Origin: an uncultured Christensenellaceae bacterium
GTDB taxonomy: Bacteria > Bacillota > Clostridia > Christensenellales > DTU072
Direction of reading: 5' to 3'
NCBI GenBank assembly: GCA_964613035.1
Contig: CAZTFQ010000004.1
Coordinates: 32,818 to 96,817, forward strand
Length of the DNA stretch: 64,000 nucleotides
Notes under the pieces: model-generated
The model's database searches: none
What the model was told of the DNA's origin: nothing
The model's input: only the letters and a program-made list of their open reading frames with translations
Made by a program: the position numbers and the translations under genes
In this document: positions 1-14,435 of the stretch, one piece after another
Numbering within the stretch: the first letter of the stretch is position 1
How the letters are laid out: the number at the start of each line of letters is the position of its first letter

Positions 1-1276
1 CCGCGCCGATTTCATCTCTGTATCCGTATCTCTTAGCCACGTCGCCGATAGACGCGGAAGACTCACTACTATTGATCAAATACGAGATAATCTGAACGTC
101 GTCGAAATTTTTATCGGACAAAACTTTCCCGTCCAAAAAGTACAAATAACTTTTTGCGTTAAAAAGTATTTTTTTATTGGGCAGCGAAAACAAATATAAA
201 AATATTTCTTCGGGATTCGACTCACTGTCAAAATCGAATAAAGTTTTCGGAAGCACTATTTTATATTCCGTTTTACCGTCCGTCGATACGGTAACGTCAT
301 CCGCCATATGAATCGCAATCGGGGACCTGTCTTTCTTCAACAACTGTTTTAGATCCGAAAGCTCCGTTTCTACGACGTTGACGGGATTTTCCTCGGCGTT
401 TACTCGTACGTCTTCTCCGCCGAATTCTTTAATCACTCTACCGACCGTGCTGTTGAAATTATATTTATTGCAAATCGAGACTATTTCTTTAACGTTCGGC
501 GTAAACAACAGATCGTCCAAACATATATCTATAGGAACGTCACAATCTATTGTTGCCAGATGTCTGGACAATTCTACCGTTTCTCTATTATCAAGCAGTT
601 TTTTTGCAACCGCAGGTTTAACAGACGCTATATTCTCATAAATACCGTCTACGTTGTCGTACGCTTGAAGCAGTTCTCTGGCGCCTTTATCGCCTATGCC
701 CGGACATCCCGGGATATTGTCCGAAGAATCTCCCGCGATGGCTTTATATTCTATTATCTGATAAGGCTTGAATCCTTCCTTTTCATGCAAGTATTTTTCA
801 TCGTATCTGACGATATCCGTAACGCCTTTTACCGTGCGATATACGAACGTATTATAATCGATCAATTGCAGAGAATCTTTATCGCCGGTAATTATACAGG
901 TATCGACGTCGAAGCGTTTGGCAACCGTTCCTATAATATCGTCGGCTTCATACCCTTCTTTTTCCGCAATATATATACCCATCGCACCGAGCACTTCTCT
1001 TAAAACAGGCAACTGCTCGACGAGTTCGTCGGGCATCGGTTTACGCTTGGCTTTATATCCGTCATATTCTTTATGTCTGAACGTCGGCGCTTTCATGTCG
1101 AACGCCGCTATCGCATGAGTGGGTTTCAAATCCGATATCAGCTTAATCAACATATTAAGATATCCGTAGACAGCCCCCGTGTGTCTGCCTTCGGCATCCA
1201 CAAGATTGGCTGTGGACATAGCGTAATACGCTCTATAAATAAGACTACTGCTGTCTAAAAGTAAAATTCTTGTCAT
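1..1276 (-). CDS. polA: DNA polymerase I, N-terminal 5'-3' exonuclease region (runs off window)
   Basis: Not in ORF track; manual translation from ATG at 1276: MTRILLLDSSSLIYRAYYA...AFDMKAPTFRHKEYDGYKAKR...GYEADDIIGT...ITGDKDSLQL, typical PolA 5' nuclease motifs. Confidence 0.95.
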   Translation of the reverse strand, partial: MTRILLLDSSSLIYRAYYAMSTANLVDAEGRHTGAVYGYLNMLIKLISDLKPTHAIAAFDMKAPTFRHKEYDGYKAKRKPMPDELVEQLPVLREVLGAMGIYIAEKEGYEADDIIGTVAKRFDVDTCIITGDKDSLQLIDYNTFVYRTVKGVTDIVRYDEKYLHEKEGFKPYQIIEYKAIAGDSSDNIPGCPGIGDKGARELLQAYDNVDGIYENIASVKPAVAKKLLDNRETVELSRHLATIDCDVPIDICLDDLLFTPNVKEIVSICNKYNFNSTVGRVIKEFGGEDVRVNAEENPVNVVETELSDLKQLLKKDRSPIAIHMADDVTVSTDGKTEYKIVLPKTLFDFDSESNPEEIFLYLFSLPNKKILFNAKSYLYFLDGKVLSDKNFDDVQIISYLINSSESSASIGDVAKRYGYRDEIGA

Positions 1277-1278
1277 AT

Positions 1279-2514
1279 TTAATCACTAAGACTCTGATCT
1301 CCGAGCTTAATAAGCCCCTTTTTTCTGAAAATTTCACTTACTAATAAACTTACCGCCGCGGGAATAACAAACAAACACAAAATTATTCCGACGACTATTT
1401 TCCAAGTATCTATTACACCCGAAGAAGCATCGATTACTCCGAATATTCCTACCAATCCCGACGTTCCCATTCCGCCTCCGGACGGTGTACATCTTAAACC
1501 CAACAATACCGCTACCAGTCCCGAAACGGCACTGGCTATTATTTCTGGCACCATTATAATAGGATGTTTCATAATATTGGGAATCTGCAACATCGACGTG
1601 CCTATCCCCTGAGAAACAAGTCCGCTTAATCCGTTCTCTCTAAAAGAGGCTACTGCGAATCCGATCATATGTGCCGCGCACCCCGCAACGGCAGCGCCTC
1701 CCGCTATCGCGAATATATCCGCATGCGCTAGAGCCGTCTCGGAAGTACCTATCGCTATCCATATAGCTGCAGACGAAGTGGGCATCGTTAAAAGTATACC
1801 CATAATTATAGCGACGAATACTCCCACTATAATCGTTACGGCTTCTCCCAGTTCTATACAACGTACTATCCCTAGAGCAATCAAATCTATGAGCTTTACA
1901 AAGGGATACGCAACGTATATTCCCGCCAGAGACATAATCAACATGCCCAGCGGAATAAGTATTATATCCAACTTGGTTTTCCCTGCATATAATCCCGCAA
2001 GCTCAATCGTCATCAAAGCGACCACGTACGCACCGATCGGATTTCCGGGACGTCCGCCGGAAATAATAACCGAAGCCGTTTCAAAAAAGCCTCCTGCTAT
2101 TATATCCGTAGACCAGGCACCGATCAGCCCCGTAACGATCGCAGAAAACATAACCAAAGGTTTCGCTCCCAGTTTATGCGCTATCCCCGCACCTATTCCT
2201 GCCCCCATAAGCGCCTTGGCTATGTTAGCTACGGTTGCGAGCATTTTTCCGAAAGAATTGTCCGTACCTATCCAGGACGCTATCTGATATAATATCGTCC
2301 CTGCAATCAAAGTTACGAACAACCCCTGTGCCATACCGGTAAAGGCGTCTATAAACCACCTTCCGAACAATCCTTTTAAAAAACCGATTATACGTTGTTT
2401 ATCGATATGTTTTTTTATTTGTTTGTCATCGTCTACTATCGTTTTTTCTTCCGAAACTTCCGATTGAAGCGTGTTATTCTCTAAATGCAATTCGTCTAAA
2501 TCGTTATTCTTCAT
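1279..2514 (-). CDS. PTS EIIC-like (PfoR-type) membrane protein
   Basis: Polytopic hydrophobic protein with GMAQGLF, PTSSAAI, GIGTSMLQIPNI and GMGTSGLVG motifs of the stand-alone EIIC-like family; acidic N-terminal extension. Confidence 0.8.
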   Translation of the reverse strand: MKNNDLDELHLENNTLQSEVSEEKTIVDDDKQIKKHIDKQRIIGFLKGLFGRWFIDAFTGMAQGLFVTLIAGTILYQIASWIGTDNSFGKMLATVANIAKALMGAGIGAGIAHKLGAKPLVMFSAIVTGLIGAWSTDIIAGGFFETASVIISGGRPGNPIGAYVVALMTIELAGLYAGKTKLDIILIPLGMLIMSLAGIYVAYPFVKLIDLIALGIVRCIELGEAVTIIVGVFVAIIMGILLTMPTSSAAIWIAIGTSETALAHADIFAIAGGAAVAGCAAHMIGFAVASFRENGLSGLVSQGIGTSMLQIPNIMKHPIIMVPEIIASAVSGLVAVLLGLRCTPSGGGMGTSGLVGIFGVIDASSGVIDTWKIVVGIILCLFVIPAAVSLLVSEIFRKKGLIKLGDQSLSD

Positions 2515-3716
2515 TTTTTCTGCCTTAACTCCAGTGCCTTAACGTCTAAATATTTATTGAAGATATATTCTATTTTTCTGTCAAACAATTTGTCCAATAA
2601 TTTTTTGAAATCGGACTTACGTTCCGCGTCCGGATCGTGTTTTTCTATTATAGTTTCTACGAATTCCGAGAACGTATATACTCGGAACTTTTCTATTTTA
2701 TATTTCTTAGCAAAATATTCCATGCCGATGACCAACTTTTCGAGATTGGAGCATTCCGTGGAAATAGAAAAATATTTTGACAGTCTCGATAAGAAAACGT
2801 TGAATACTTCGAGATCCGTCGTATCTTCGGATAGCGAAAAAATCGATTTGGCTTCTTCCACTACGTTCTTGGGAATATCTTTTACGAATTGGTAAAAAAC
2901 TTCATCGTCCGCACTCTCTACGTAGAAATGTCTGCCGTAATATCCCTTAACGAAACGCATGGCATCGTAATAGCCTAAATTGAGATTCTTTTCCGTAAGC
3001 AGATGACTGAACGCAAGCGTGTCGCCTAAAGGCTCGGACGGATTAATATAATCGATTTTAACCGTTTTATCGACGACCTTTTGATGAGGCATGGTGCTTC
3101 CCGTACGAATGGCAATGATGTGATCATAACCTCTTCTTATCAAAGGATTAATCGGCATATTGTCATACACGCCACCGTCGATATAACTTTTTCCTCCGAT
3201 CGGTTTGTTTTTAAAAGCCGGATAATATGCGCTAGCCATAATGTATTCCGAAACTTTTCCGTAAGGAATTTCTTCTTTGAATACTTCCATCGGGATAAAA
3301 TCTCCGTCATTCATCATAACGGTAACCAAACCGAAATCGGTCTTAGAAGAGCGCAATTTATCTTCGTCGATGGAATCTTTCAGAAGCAATAAAATTTTAT
3401 CTACCGAAAGACCTTTATTGACGATGAAATTTTTCGCAAGCGAAATAAAATATTTATACGTCTTTAAGTCCATCTGTTTTTGAAAATACTTATTCAACGC
3501 GTCGTCGTCTAATTCCAATATCATAGAAGGCGTAATCGTCTCCCACAGACGATAAGCCTTATCGAAATCACCCTGGGCAATCATAACGCCGTTGAGCGAC
3601 CCTATAGAAGTCCCCATCACTCCGTCAAACACATAGCCGTTCTCGACAAGAGCTTTAACCGCTCCCGCCTGAAATGCGCCTTTAGCACCGCCGCCTTCCA
3701 AAACCAGTCCTAACAT
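2511..3716 (-). CDS. Patatin-like phospholipase / lipid acyl hydrolase
   Basis: GGGAKG oxyanion loop, GTSIG nucleophile motif, DGG catalytic Asp motif. Confidence 0.92.
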   Translation of the reverse strand: MLGLVLEGGGAKGAFQAGAVKALVENGYVFDGVMGTSIGSLNGVMIAQGDFDKAYRLWETITPSMILELDDDALNKYFQKQMDLKTYKYFISLAKNFIVNKGLSVDKILLLLKDSIDEDKLRSSKTDFGLVTVMMNDGDFIPMEVFKEEIPYGKVSEYIMASAYYPAFKNKPIGGKSYIDGGVYDNMPINPLIRRGYDHIIAIRTGSTMPHQKVVDKTVKIDYINPSEPLGDTLAFSHLLTEKNLNLGYYDAMRFVKGYYGRHFYVESADDEVFYQFVKDIPKNVVEEAKSIFSLSEDTTDLEVFNVFLSRLSKYFSISTECSNLEKLVIGMEYFAKKYKIEKFRVYTFSEFVETIIEKHDPDAERKSDFKKLLDKLFDRKIEYIFNKYLDVKALELRQKK

Positions 3717-4203
3717 TCTGCACCTCTGATATTATCGATTTCTTTTTTTTCATTATCTATTTTGTCATCCGCGACCATAACTCTCGCACCGATAATCGCC
3801 CCTAAAAACGATAGTACGACAGCTACTGCGGCATAGGAATACAATGCTTTGATTCCGTAATAATTGAGTAACGAACCTTCAACGAAAGCATAGAACATTG
3901 CGGAAATAGTATAGATGCCGATCGAAAAGACCCTATATACCTTTGGTTCTCTCATAAATAGTGTCACTATTCCTGCAACTATGAGTAAACCCGAATATAT
4001 AAGTTCCGTTTTGTATATCGTCGGCACGTGCAGTTTTTGCCATGACGGAGAGCTGAACGAAGTCTTAAAAAAGGCAATTAGAGCGTAATGGACTCCTCCG
4101 GGCGAATAATTACACTCGACCAGAGCAAGTCCTATCAATACTAAACTCATTATAAGACTATACCCTTTGGCTACAGTCAGCTTCGTTCTAAGTTTCATTC
4201 TCA

Positions 4204-4204
<1 letters not shown>
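3710..4204 (-). CDS. Hypothetical membrane protein (about 4 TM)
   Basis: 164-aa ORF overlapping lacZ stop and patatin start; four hydrophobic segments. Confidence 0.7.
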
Positions 4205-7260
<3,056 letters not shown>

Positions 7261-7312
7261 TTATATATCCTTACACCCGCCGAGCGGGACCTTTACTAAT
7301 TTTATTAGTAAT

Positions 7313-7341
7313 ATTTTATCATAATATGGAATTTTTGGCAA
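7313..7341 (-). promoter_or_regulatory. Putative sigma-A promoter of lacZ cluster
   Basis: TTGCCA-17 nt-TAAAAT with extended TG on minus strand. Confidence 0.55.
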
Positions 7342-7344
7342 TAT

Positions 7345-7373
7345 GAAAAAAGAGAATTTTTTATCATTCTCTT
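7345..7373 (-). terminator. Putative intrinsic terminator after dapL
   Basis: AAGAGAAT/ATTCTCTT inverted repeat followed by T-run on minus strand; AT-rich, weak stem. Confidence 0.5.
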
Positions 7374-7414
7374 CCTTCAAAAAATATTACATTTATGTAT
7401 CTATAGCTACAATT

Positions 7415-8599
7415 TTAGCCAAGAATCTTTTTCAGTCTTTCCATAGCCTCGATTGTATTTTCGCGAGTATTAAATCCCGTCAATCTGAAATACCCTTCTC
7501 CCTGTTTTCCGAAGCCCGCTCCGGGCGTCCCTACCACACAAGCCTCGGACAACAATTTATCGAAAAAGTCCCAAGAATCCATTCCGCACTCGAGCCATAC
7601 GTAGGGGCTGTTGACGCCGCCTGTATACCACACTCCGAGATCATCCAGAGTCGATGCTATTATTGCGGCGTTTTCTTTATATTTATTAATTGCGAGACGG
7701 GTCTCTTTCAATCCTTCTTCCGTAAACACCGCTTCGGCGGCTCTTTGGATAACGTAGCTTGTCCCGTTAAACTTAGTCGACTGACGTCTAAGCCACATTT
7801 TGGCAATACTTTTTCCGTTTACGTTCAATTCTTTCGGAATAACGGTATATCCGCATCTCGTACCGGTGAATCCCGCTGTCTTTGAAAGCGAACAAAATTC
7901 TACGGCGCACTCCTTGGCACCGTCGATACAAAAAATCGAGCGCGGAAGATTTTTATCTCCGATAAAAGCTTCGTATGCGGAATCGTATAATATAATAGAA
8001 TTGGTAGCCAAAGCATAGTTGACCCAGTCCGTCAATTGTTCCTCGGAATAGACGGACCCGGTAGGATTATTTGGAGAACATAAATAAATTATAGACGATT
8101 TTTTTTGACCGAAGTCGGGCATCGGACAAAAACCGTTCTCTTTGGTCCCCGCAATAACGTTCACCTTCCTCCCCTGCATAATATTGCTATCCATATACAC
8201 GGGATATACGGGATCCGTAATTATTACTCGATTTTTTACTTCAAAAAGCTCTTGAAAATTTGCCGTATCGCTTTTAGCCCCTTCCGAAACGAAAATTTCG
8301 TCGGGCTCGATATCTGCACCTATATTGTTTTTATAATAACCGGATATCGCATTTCTGAGAAATTCATATCCTTCATAATCGCCGTACCCTTTGAAAGTAT
8401 CTTTGTTACCCATCTCGTCGGCAGCTTTTTTCATAGCGTCCACAACGCAACCGGCAAGAGGCTCGGTAACGTCACCTATTCCCATTTTAATTAGTTTTTT
8501 ATCGGGATTTTCGTTTTGAAAATTCTGAACTCTTACCGCAATCTCATGAAAGAGATAGTTTTCGATTAATCGGTTATAATTTTTATTAAGCTTTAACAT
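7415..8599 (-). CDS. dapL: LL-diaminopimelate aminotransferase
   Basis: YLF..IA, GIGDVT, SEGAKSD, CSPNNPTG, SLSKTAGFTGTRCG PLP-lysine motif; adjacent to dapF. Confidence 0.95.
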   Translation of the reverse strand: MLKLNKNYNRLIENYLFHEIAVRVQNFQNENPDKKLIKMGIGDVTEPLAGCVVDAMKKAADEMGNKDTFKGYGDYEGYEFLRNAISGYYKNNIGADIEPDEIFVSEGAKSDTANFQELFEVKNRVIITDPVYPVYMDSNIMQGRKVNVIAGTKENGFCPMPDFGQKKSSIIYLCSPNNPTGSVYSEEQLTDWVNYALATNSIILYDSAYEAFIGDKNLPRSIFCIDGAKECAVEFCSLSKTAGFTGTRCGYTVIPKELNVNGKSIAKMWLRRQSTKFNGTSYVIQRAAEAVFTEEGLKETRLAINKYKENAAIIASTLDDLGVWYTGGVNSPYVWLECGMDSWDFFDKLLSEACVVGTPGAGFGKQGEGYFRLTGFNTRENTIEAMERLKKILG

Positions 8600-9363
8600 A
8601 GATCCGTTTCTCCGTAAAAATTGTATTCTACTTTACCTTCGATATATATTTTGTCATCTATATAGACGACTACCAATTGTCCGCCCGGCAGATTGACCGT
8701 CAATTCAGTATCGACCGCACACAGCGACATCGCGCAAAACGCCGCAGATGCGGCACCCGTGCCACAAGCAAGCGTAAGTCCCGCACCTCTCTCGTACACT
8801 TCGACGGCAATCTCGTCTCTAGAAACGATCGAGACCTTTTCGACATTCGTTTTAGACGGATAATTCGAATGCGCGGATATTATCGCGCCGTATTTATTTA
8901 TATCGAAATTCTCATCAAACGTCACTGCATGAGGATTACCGATATCTACGCTATAAAAAGTATAAATACACCCGTCTATATCGATAATATTTTTTTCTTT
9001 CAGGACCGGTTTCCCCAGCCATACGCCTATTACGCCATCATTTTTAATAAAAACTTCTTTTACCCCGACGTCCGTCTCTATAAACAAAACGTTGCTTTTG
9101 TCAAGGCGATTATCATACAGATATCTCCCGACGGACCGCAACGCATTTCCGCATATTTCCGCTCTTGAGCCGTCGTTATTATATATAACCATTGCCGCGT
9201 CGGCATTGGCGGAATTTCCTATCAAAACGACTCCGTCGCCGCCTATTCCGAAATGTCTGTCGCACAGCTTGACTATATTGTCCGATGACGGTAAAAACGA
9301 CTCACGGCGAACGTCGATATAAATATAATCGTTACCCAACCCGTTCATTTTGCAAAACTTCAT
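8593..9363 (-). CDS. dapF: Diaminopimelate epimerase
   Basis: KMNGLGNDY, CDRHFGIGGDG, EICGNALR, GNPH, ERGAGLTLACGTGA. Confidence 0.95.
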   Translation of the reverse strand: MKFCKMNGLGNDYIYIDVRRESFLPSSDNIVKLCDRHFGIGGDGVVLIGNSANADAAMVIYNNDGSRAEICGNALRSVGRYLYDNRLDKSNVLFIETDVGVKEVFIKNDGVIGVWLGKPVLKEKNIIDIDGCIYTFYSVDIGNPHAVTFDENFDINKYGAIISAHSNYPSKTNVEKVSIVSRDEIAVEVYERGAGLTLACGTGAASAAFCAMSLCAVDTELTVNLPGGQLVVVYIDDKIYIEGKVEYNFYGETDLC

Positions 9364-9416
9364 ATAATCTCCGATAATATAAAATATTGCAAACGGATTA
9401 AATTATTATATAAGGA

Positions 9417-10121
9417 TTATTTTCTATATACTATTCTTCCGCAATTGGGGCATTCCGCACCCTCGCCGACATGAAGTTCCTGCATCTCTATGCGTATATC
9501 CATACCGCACGCTCCGCAAGAATCCCCCGCCATCTGCACAACTACGGGCAATCCTTTTGCCTGTCTGATAGCCTTATATTTATCGTATGCCGCGGGATTA
9601 AGAGACTTGGCTTCCTCGTCGAGAGATTTTTTAAGCGGACCGGCCTCTTTTAAAAGGTTTTCTTTAGCGGTCTTCTTTTGCTCGGCGACTATACGAGCCT
9701 TCTTAATAATCTCGTTGATTTTTTGTTCGTTGTTTCTCGCCTCGTTGATTATCTCGTCGAGACGTCTTTTTCTGAACGCAACGTCTTTTTCATATTTATC
9801 CAATTTGGCTATAATCTGCTGAAGAATCGTTTCTTCTGTCTGCAAATCTTCCAAATCGGAAAACGACGCATAACTCTTCGGAATATTGTCGTTGTTGTCT
9901 ATTTCTTTATTGATTTCGGCACATCTATCCTTAATTTGGACCAAAACGCCTTCTGCTTCTCTGGATAAATTCAAATTCAAAACCCGTAAATCTCTAGCGT
10001 TTTTTTCGAGAATTTTATAATTCTTTACAGCAGGAGAATTGGAATATTCCTGCTCGTATTTATACAATTCACGATCTTTTTCTTGAAATTCCACAAGACC
10101 ATCTAAATTAAACTTTTCCAT
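9417..10121 (-). CDS. Coiled-coil protein with C-terminal C4 zinc ribbon (DUF164/CT398-like)
   Basis: Long coiled coil then CGAC...CPNCGRI; downstream of Nif3. Confidence 0.85.
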   Translation of the reverse strand: MEKFNLDGLVEFQEKDRELYKYEQEYSNSPAVKNYKILEKNARDLRVLNLNLSREAEGVLVQIKDRCAEINKEIDNNDNIPKSYASFSDLEDLQTEETILQQIIAKLDKYEKDVAFRKRRLDEIINEARNNEQKINEIIKKARIVAEQKKTAKENLLKEAGPLKKSLDEEAKSLNPAAYDKYKAIRQAKGLPVVVQMAGDSCGACGMDIRIEMQELHVGEGAECPNCGRIVYRK

Positions 10122-10129
10122 AAAGCCTC

Positions 10130-10891
10130 CTAATTATACGGATTAACGCAATGCCCCGATTTTATAATTTCTACGTCGCAATTATTTAAAATTTCCGCCA
10201 TATAATCGATAAAAATTATTTCGGAAGCATAATGACTAATGTTGATTATAGCATATCCGGAATCCTTTGTCCACCGTGCACAATGATATTTTACGTCACC
10301 GGAGATATATACGTCCGCGCCGTTATCACGTGCATACTTAACGGAATCGATTGAACCTCCGCCGGTTACGACGCCGACCGTGCCGATAATCTTTTCCCCG
10401 TCGCCGACGAAATAAGCTAAATCGTCGCCGAATATTTTCGAAACTCTTTCTTTGAGGGACTTCAAATCGGTTTCGGGAATCTTTCCGACGAATACGACGT
10501 TATCACCGTCTCTTTTTCTTTCGACGTCTATTAGCCCCAATCTTTCGGCAAAATAATTATTTAGTCCCTTTTTAGCGAAATCCGAAGACGTATGCGACGC
10601 ATACACCGCTATTTCCCTGCCGGCTACTTTTAAGAATGAATTTTCTTCGATTGTATCCGACGTGAATTTTTTAATCGGCGAAAAGATGCTGGGATGATGT
10701 TCTATTACCAAATCGACGTAATTGTTTATCGCCTCTTCGGCAACGTCGGGCGTCAAATCCAAGGTTATTAAAACTTTCTTTATCGGCTTATTTATATCTC
10801 CGTATATCAATCCGGAATTATCCCAGTCGGCGGCTTCGGAGAGAGGAGCAACTTTTTCTATTACGTCAATTACCTCTTTCAACTTTAGCAT
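10130..10891 (-). CDS. Nif3-like dinuclear metal-centre protein
   Basis: WDNSGL, HHP, HTSSD, GDVKYH, HYASE motifs. Confidence 0.92.
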   Translation of the reverse strand: MLKLKEVIDVIEKVAPLSEAADWDNSGLIYGDINKPIKKVLITLDLTPDVAEEAINNYVDLVIEHHPSIFSPIKKFTSDTIEENSFLKVAGREIAVYASHTSSDFAKKGLNNYFAERLGLIDVERKRDGDNVVFVGKIPETDLKSLKERVSKIFGDDLAYFVGDGEKIIGTVGVVTGGGSIDSVKYARDNGADVYISGDVKYHCARWTKDSGYAIINISHYASEIIFIDYMAEILNNCDVEIIKSGHCVNPYN

Positions 10892-11501
10892 TATATAAGC
10901 ACTCCTTTTCTTTTATAAGTCTTTCCGAAACGTTATTTGAGATATATTTTGAAATTTTTGCAAGACGTTCTTCTATACGACTGTCAAAATATTCCGATTC
11001 AGGTATATTTTTACCTGAAAAAATTTCGTTTTCAGTGAATTTTTCACCTTTCCCAGTCACTAATACGTCGTAATATTTATCCTTAGATTTAACGACGTAA
11101 TCCTTTGCCACGGTTATATCCTTTGAATTAAAAAAGGATCTCAGTACGTCTGCGTCTTGATGGGGCACGAAAACAGAACCTTCGGGCACAGACTTATCGG
11201 CTATGACTTTTATAATTTCGTTACCGCCCATACCGGCAATAACGATAACGTCATCGTTTTCCCAACTATAATCTGCTCCGTCCGCTACTATAAACGTACT
11301 GTCCGCTAGACAACCGTGCAACGTAGACAACTTACGAGCCTTTTCAAGCGATTCTGCAGATATATCCAAAAAAACACACTTTTTTATACGGCCGCTTTTA
11401 AGAAGCGCCACGCCTAATTTACCGTGATCGCAACCGACGTCTACAACTCTGTGTGCGTCGATTTCCTCAAAAACAGCCGTCAGCCTTTTATCCAATTTCA
11501 T
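10866..11501 (-). CDS. trmK: tRNA (adenine22-N1)-methyltransferase
   Basis: DVGCDHG, IAGMGG; conserved rpoD-trmK-nif3 order. Confidence 0.88.
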   Translation of the reverse strand: MKLDKRLTAVFEEIDAHRVVDVGCDHGKLGVALLKSGRIKKCVFLDISAESLEKARKLSTLHGCLADSTFIVADGADYSWENDDVIVIAGMGGNEIIKVIADKSVPEGSVFVPHQDADVLRSFFNSKDITVAKDYVVKSKDKYYDVLVTGKGEKFTENEIFSGKNIPESEYFDSRIEERLAKISKYISNNVSERLIKEKECLYNAKVERGN

Positions 11502-12589
11502 CAGACTTTCGTATCGATGAAGCCTTTCAGTTTCTTTACCTTGTTGGGATGCTTCAATCTACGCAATGCCTTAGCTTCTATCTGTCTGATTCTTTCTCTC
11601 GTTACGTTGAAGACTTTGCCTACTTCTTCAAGCGTACGCGGACGATTGTCTCTAAGACCGTATCTTAAAATAAGAACCATCGCCTCTCTGGGTGCCAGCG
11701 TGCCGAGGATTTCTTCTACCTGAGCTTTTAGCATTTTGGCTTCGGTAGCTTCCATAGGCGCTATAGCGGAAGTATCTTCAATAAAGTCTCCCAAATGACT
11801 ATCGTCTTCCTCGCCTATAGGCGTCTCGAGCGAGACGGGATCCAATGCTATTTTTTGAATCTCTACGACTTTATCCTCGGATATTCCCATCGCTTCGGCA
11901 ATCTCTGCTTGTGTGGGCTCTCTACCCAGCTCTTGTAAAAGTTGTCTGGAAGTTTTGGTCAACTTATTGATCGTCTCGAACATATGGACGGGAATTCTAA
12001 TCGTCCTGGCTTGATCTGCTATAGAACGCGTGATTGCCTGTCTTATCCACCAAGTCGCATAAGTAGAAAACTTAAAACCTTTCGAATAATCGAATTTATC
12101 GACGGCTTTCATAAGACCGAGGTTGCCTTCTTGTATCAAATCCAAAAATTGCATTCCTCTGCCTACGTACCTTTTCGCTATACTTACAACCAATCTTAAG
12201 TTGGCGTTGATAAGCTTATCCTTAGCTTCGTTTCGTTCTTCTTCCGTTTCGCCCTTTACCATTTTTTCGGCGATCTGCTTTTCTTCTTCAGCCGATAACA
12301 ACGGTACCCTGCCTATATCTTTAAGATACATCTTAACGGAATCGTCGACGTTGACTTCGTTCATGATCTTTTGGATAACGCTATCCGTGCGAGAAGCTAC
12401 GGTATTCTCTTCATTAACAGTAATGCCGGCTTTTTGCAATTCAAGATATATCGCTTCGTTTTCTTCGGGAGTCAATTTCTCTCTTTCGGTAATAGAAGTC
12501 AGCTCGTCGGCTCCGATTTCTTTCTTACCTTTTAACTCATCGACGATTCTGCCGACTATGTCGTTAACGACAGTGTTCTTTTCTTCCAT
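11501..12589 (-). CDS. rpoD: RNA polymerase primary sigma factor
   Basis: [49 protein letters not shown]. Confidence 0.98.
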   Translation of the reverse strand: MEEKNTVVNDIVGRIVDELKGKKEIGADELTSITEREKLTPEENEAIYLELQKAGITVNEENTVASRTDSVIQKIMNEVNVDDSVKMYLKDIGRVPLLSAEEEKQIAEKMVKGETEEERNEAKDKLINANLRLVVSIAKRYVGRGMQFLDLIQEGNLGLMKAVDKFDYSKGFKFSTYATWWIRQAITRSIADQARTIRIPVHMFETINKLTKTSRQLLQELGREPTQAEIAEAMGISEDKVVEIQKIALDPVSLETPIGEEDDSHLGDFIEDTSAIAPMEATEAKMLKAQVEEILGTLAPREAMVLILRYGLRDNRPRTLEEVGKVFNVTRERIRQIEAKALRRLKHPNKVKKLKGFIDTKV

Positions 12590-12590
12590 T

Positions 12591-14372
12591 TTATACTCCT
12601 TGATTTTTCTTAATGGTTAAGGCTTTTATTTTATTTCGGATTTCGGCTCTTTCTTGATCGTCCTCCGTTACGGAATACTTTTCGGAAAGAATCTTGAGCT
12701 CCGATATTATGCAATCGTTCTTTAATTTTTTTACCGATTTCAAATATAGATCTTTTTTATCGGTATTCGACATATTTATAAGACAAAAATCCATTTTGGA
12801 CGCTTCGTCACCTTCCGGAATCAAATTGTAGACGGTGGCGATTTTTGGCATAATTCCCTTTTCTATACATTCGGTCAAATACTTATATACCGTTTTATGT
12901 TCTTCGATAACAAAATACTCGGGGCGTAAATCTTCGGGATCCGCATACGCTGCCACGTCGATAAAAGACGCTAATATTATTCTTGCGGCTTCTATCCCCG
13001 CCTGCTCTATAGGATAAAGCTTCTTTTCCTCGGCAGGAGGCTCCGGCTTATCGAACGTCTGAGCTTTCGGTTCCTGTTTTTTAGGAGAAGTCCTATTGAT
13101 AACCGTATTAAGCAACGTTTCCTTTTTTACTCCGGAGAGCTCGGCGATTCTGTCGAGATATATTTCGGCGACAGCCGTATCGTTAAGTTCCGCAAGTACG
13201 TCGGTCGCCGCTTTTATATATTTACTCCGTCCGCTATATCCTTCCGGAGGAAATTCTTTTTCTACAAGACTCAATTTATAATCTATCAGAGGCAACGCAT
13301 TGTCTATCAAATCCAAGAAGCCCGCTTTACCCAACTTTTTGATAGCGTCGTCAGGGTCCATATCGTCCGGAATAGAAACTACTTTAACGGTCAATCCGTT
13401 GTCCTTAAGCAAGTCTAGACTCCTAACAGTGGCTTTTTGTCCCGCAGAATCACCGTCGAAACAAACGTATATCGCATTGATGCCGTATCTTTTGAACAAT
13501 TCGCAATGTTGCTCGGTGAATGCAGTCCCCATAGCCGCCAATGCGTTTTCGATACCTGCCTGATGAAGTGAAATTACGTCAAAATATCCCTCGACCAATA
13601 TAGCGTCTTGCCTGTTGAGTTTGACGAAATTATTCATATTGAAAAGCTGAAATCGCTTTTCGAATATCGCAGTACCGCGAGTATTGACATACTTGCCGTG
13701 CATGGTTTCGTCGAGTCTTCTGCCTCCGAAACCTATAACTCTGCCTCTGCCGTCAATCAACGGAACAATCAATCTTTTGGCTTCCGCATCGGTAAGACGT
13801 CCCGTTTCGCCCCGATTGACGACTCCTGCAAAAAGCATGGTTTCTTCCGAAAAGCCTTTTTCTCTAAGATAACGCACCAGCGATTCGTAATCCGTAGAAT
13901 ACCCCAATCCGAAAACTTTCATCGTTTTATCCGAAATACCTCTTGAACGAAGATATTCTATGGGATATGGGTACTTACCGCTAAATAAGTTCGCGCAATA
14001 ATACTTGGCGGTTTCTTTAAGACAGGCATAAGCCGAATCGAACAATTTTCGACGTTTTCTTTGTTCCTGAGATTCTTCTTCCTGCGGAAGCTCCACGCCT
14101 GCTTTTTTCGCTACGTATTCAACGGCTTCTCCGAAAGTTAAACGTTCTTTTTCTTCTATAAACTTAAAAATATCGCCACCTCTTTTGCACGAAAAACAAT
14201 AGAACGACCCGCGTTCGTTGTCAATCATTAAAGACGGCGTCTTATCCGTATGAAACGGGCAACTTGCCCAATATTTTCTACCTTTTCTTTCAATCGGAAC
14301 GTATGCCGATATAACGTCTGAGACGCTATATTTATTTTTTAATTTGTCAAGGAAATCTTGTCCAAATCTCAA
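12591..14372 (-). CDS. dnaG: DNA primase
   Basis: CPFH...CFSC zinc finger, GFGGR, EGYFD and DGDSAG Toprim motifs; TTG start. Confidence 0.97.
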   Translation of the reverse strand: MRFGQDFLDKLKNKYSVSDVISAYVPIERKGRKYWASCPFHTDKTPSLMIDNERGSFYCFSCKRGGDIFKFIEEKERLTFGEAVEYVAKKAGVELPQEEESQEQRKRRKLFDSAYACLKETAKYYCANLFSGKYPYPIEYLRSRGISDKTMKVFGLGYSTDYESLVRYLREKGFSEETMLFAGVVNRGETGRLTDAEAKRLIVPLIDGRGRVIGFGGRRLDETMHGKYVNTRGTAIFEKRFQLFNMNNFVKLNRQDAILVEGYFDVISLHQAGIENALAAMGTAFTEQHCELFKRYGINAIYVCFDGDSAGQKATVRSLDLLKDNGLTVKVVSIPDDMDPDDAIKKLGKAGFLDLIDNALPLIDYKLSLVEKEFPPEGYSGRSKYIKAATDVLAELNDTAVAEIYLDRIAELSGVKKETLLNTVINRTSPKKQEPKAQTFDKPEPPAEEKKLYPIEQAGIEAARIILASFIDVAAYADPEDLRPEYFVIEEHKTVYKYLTECIEKGIMPKIATVYNLIPEGDEASKMDFCLINMSNTDKKDLYLKSVKKLKNDCIISELKILSEKYSVTEDDQERAEIRNKIKALTIKKNQGV

Positions 14373-14435
14373 TTCGATAGCCTCTTTTGAAAAAAATTCA
14401 GAAAGTATTACGATAAAATCGAGTTTTTCCCCTAA

